Positions 38,447 through 41,240 of a stretch of DNA of 41,240 nucleotides are shown piece by piece. The first letter of the stretch is position 1. The number at the start of each line of letters is the position of its first letter. The stretch is from contig ADNK01003135.1 in NCBI GenBank assembly GCA_000320545.1, positions 1 to 41,240 of the forward strand, given 5' to 3'. This DNA is from Bigelowiella natans CCMP2755 (taxonomy: Eukaryota > Protista > Cercozoa). The notes under the pieces were generated by a model. That model was not told where the DNA came from, made no database searches, and saw only the letters and a list, made by a program, of their open reading frames with translations. Position numbers and translations under genes: made by a program.

Positions 38447-38820
38447 CCAATCACATGTTTCCCTTTCTTCTTCTTCATCATCATCATCATCATCTTCTTC
38501 TTCTTCTTCTCTTTCTTCATCTTCTTCTAACGTAATAATATCTACAACAACTACTGCTATGTAAACAAAAGCCTAGAACTGCTCTTCTCCTCCTCCTCAT
38601 CATCACAAACCTTGGCTACTGACGAATGATGATTCATATTACTATCATCGTCATCATTTCCCTTATTTTCCTCCTTTTTCTTGTCGTGATGATCGTGATG
38701 TTGACCATCATCATCATCATCATCATCATCTGCATACATTGCGTCAAGGTCCAAGACATATTCATTCTTGCCAATCGATTTACGCTTGGTGGTTATCCCT
38801 CCTCCTTGATGTGCTGCTCC

Positions 38821-38853
<33 letters not shown>

Positions 38854-40553
38854 GTCTACAACCACACAGAATGGATAAACATGAACAATCCAAGTAGCAG
38901 CGACGATATTTAAAGGAAGCTTAAAGAACACACCATCACCATATGGTTCTACTGCTACCATTATCTACTGTTTCCATGTAATAATGCAGTGTTTTGTTCA
39001 CTTCTACCGGCAGTAGTTGTAGTTGTAGTTGTAGTAGTAATTTCGCGGGTATTTGGTACACTGTTACGTGAAACAAAAAGATGATGAGATAACAAGGACT
39101 GTCGTAACAAGTAATATGACTATTAAATAGTGATATAAATGACGATGATAAAGATGATGATCATGATGTTGGTAATGCTGATAATGACGATTGGTGCGAG
39201 GAAGTCGTACAATCTAAACAACGAAGAAAGAATCACTGACATCAACCTGTTGTTGTTGTTGTTGTTGTTGTTTTTGTCTTTCTTCTCCTCTTTAGCATTA
39301 GCAGTTGTCGTAGTCGTGATCCTAGTACTATTTGTAAGTTTGCTTGTAATAGGAGATAATAGCAGCGGAATGGCAACCTGAATGACAAAAATTATAACAA
39401 CAAACCATACATGATGTGACAACAATAATAACGAGACACCATCATACCTGAATCACAACACTGATTAACAATATACCGTTGTTCGGTCAGCAGGATCCAT
39501 ATGTTACAATAGTTAATAATATTTCATAAATGACCAAAACAAACACCCTGATTTGTGATTCTACTGATTTGTGATTCTACTACTACTGCTACTACTACTA
39601 CAACTACTACTACTACTTCTACCACTGCTACTAAGGAAGTGCTCATGGTTGGAATAATGGAGTCATAGACAGCAGAGAAGAAATGAATGAATGGTGATCA
39701 ACGATGTTGTGTGTGTGTGTGTGTGTGTATGTGTGTGTGTGTGTGTGTATGCTCGTGATCAACGATGTTGTGTGTGTGTGTGTGTATGTGTGTGTGTGTG
39801 TGTGTATGCTCGTGATCAACGAATTCATGTTGGCAGCGTTAAGCATTAGTGAGATGTTGTTGTTTAACACCACTACAGAAAGCATATGATGTATTTTCTA
39901 GTATACAAACAGCTTCTCCCCAACCTGCTTTTCCTACACACACTAGTAGTAGTAATAGTTGATAATTCGGTTATGTATAATAATACAACCCCCTCTTTCT
40001 TTCTCTGCTGCATAGCTTTCCATGACGTAGTGTGCCGATTTCTCTTCTTTTTCCCTGAAATAAACAAAGGAGATGGGTAGCATGGTGGTGATGATGATGA
40101 TAATGACGATGGTGATAACGATGATAGCAAATTACATATAGTAGTACCAAATTCCTTTTAGACTGTACGTATATCTATACTTGGAAAGCTAAGGCAGCAA
40201 TAGCAAGATTACATGGTTTTTTCAGGTCAGTGCTATTGCTGCCAGCATCACCCCCCTTCTTCTCCCCCTCTGCCGATAAAGAAGCTGCTTTGATCTCCCT
40301 AATAAATAAAATAAATAAAATAAATAAATAGAGAGTATTCACTTTTAGCCTTTGGCCATGCAAAACAGCTACAACAACAACAACAAACAACAACAACAAT
40401 AAAGAATACCGTGTAGTAGTGGTAGTAGTAGTAGCAGTAGTAGTAGTAGTAGTAGTAGTATTATATCGTGTGGTTGTAGTGGCTAATACACCAGACCATG
40501 ATTGCTTACGATAACAAGGTGGTGTGCTTTTCAGTGTTTACTTTCTTCTAATG

Positions 40554-40584
<31 letters not shown>

Positions 40585-40721
40585 TAGATGTGCTGCCAGT
40601 ACAGAGTCGGATTTTTGTTTACTATTTGTAGTATTCTACCTTTTGTTGTTTATTGGTGGTACTATATGAACCTCATACTCGGGGTTGTTTATTGTTGGTA
40701 GTATCAATATATGTACATATA

Positions 40722-40764
<43 letters not shown>

Positions 40765-41078
40765 TGATATGTATGCTCATCATACTTGTCAAATAATCGT
40801 CTGGCAGCAGGTTTGAGGTGATCTAGAGCTTCTTGTCCACTTCGTTTCGCTCGTTCACAGAAACGAATTAACGCCCCCCGGGCCTTTAACCATCATCATC
40901 ATCAGCATCAGCATCATCGTCGTCATCATCATTGCAATGCATTTTATGTCAATGAATGATATATCCGTATTTTAATCTTGTACTTGTGCTGTAGTCAATG
41001 ATGATTGGTGAGTTTACTACTACCTCTTTCCTGGCATTAGCATTGCTGTCCTCGACTCCTTTCAATATTGCATCCTAG

Positions 41079-41121
<43 letters not shown>

Positions 41122-41240
41122 AAGACGGGTTAAGAGAGGGGGCACTTTCTCTTGTGGTAATAATAAAATAATAATCTCTTATGGAATATGAGTCCTCTTG
41201 TTTTACTTATCTCCCCCCCTTCCCTCCTCCTCCTCCAATC
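37400..41240 (-). CDS. 3' portion of a CLASP/TOG (HEAT-repeat)-like gene running in from beyond the window, followed by acidic low-complexity exons
   Basis: Exons at about 41075-41025 and 40883-40789 splice to DAILKGVEDSNANARKE|ARGALIRFCERAKRSGQEALDHLKPAARRLFDK, like the end of a CLASP_N TOG domain (KG..DA...R..AR). Further exons lie near 40290, 39370, 38850 and 37650. The stop codon is not resolved. Confidence 0.5.
37747..38312. repeat. Composite intronic minisatellite, about 50-53 bp x 11
   Basis: Unit = variable (CTA)n tract + constant ctgcagtgtgtggtgat(g/a)..aagtgg; 11 'gcagtgtg' cores between 37779 and 38296. Confidence 0.95.

Larger units (their letters stand above)
2087..41120. repeat. 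Dense dispersed microsatellites (TA, AG, TG, TAG/CTA, GAT/ATC, GAA, GGA) in introns and exons
   Basis: Examples: (TA)n about 2087-2117, 5567-5605 and 26481-26526; (AG)n about 2888-2937; (TG)n about 15071-15100; (GGA)n about 33079-33124. Exonic ones encode poly-S/D/E/T/N tracts. Confidence 0.95.

Noticed and set aside
2875-40399. Numerous short ORFs with poly-L, poly-V, poly-Y, SLSL or CVCV tracts in the ORF track
   Set aside because: They are translations of intronic microsatellites or antisense frames of real exons.

Overview
Left end of a eukaryotic chromosome. It starts with 42 copies of CCCTAA (TTAGGG-type telomere). The DNA is AT-rich, full of microsatellites and very intron-dense, with GT-AG introns and the standard genetic code; a protist is likely (inference only). 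Host genes spliced by eye: a CRAL-TRIO/Sec14-like protein (-), a SINA/Siah-like RING E3 ligase (+), a 19-exon OFA/MCT-type MFS transporter (+), a SAPS/PP6-regulatory-subunit-like protein (-), and the 3' part of a CLASP/TOG-like gene (-). At about 19.0-20.9 kb lies an intron-free, microsatellite-free island of co-oriented ORFs (HNH-like nuclease, GIY-YIG-like nuclease with in-frame TAA codons, PrimPol/AEP-like remnant) that looks viral or mobile in origin. The most striking signal is not a gene. Four discrete patches (about 261-1600, 18230-19000, 20940-21120, 28100-29680) are strongly depleted of TpA, gain TpG/CpA and keep CpG; the TpA sites that survive are disproportionately CTAG. In relic ORFs, Tyr appears replaced by Cys or His. 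This points to a targeted, double-stranded TpA>TpG (A>G) hypermutation process, a mirror image of fungal RIP, acting on subtelomeric, foreign and intergenic DNA. All counts were made by eye and no database searches were run.
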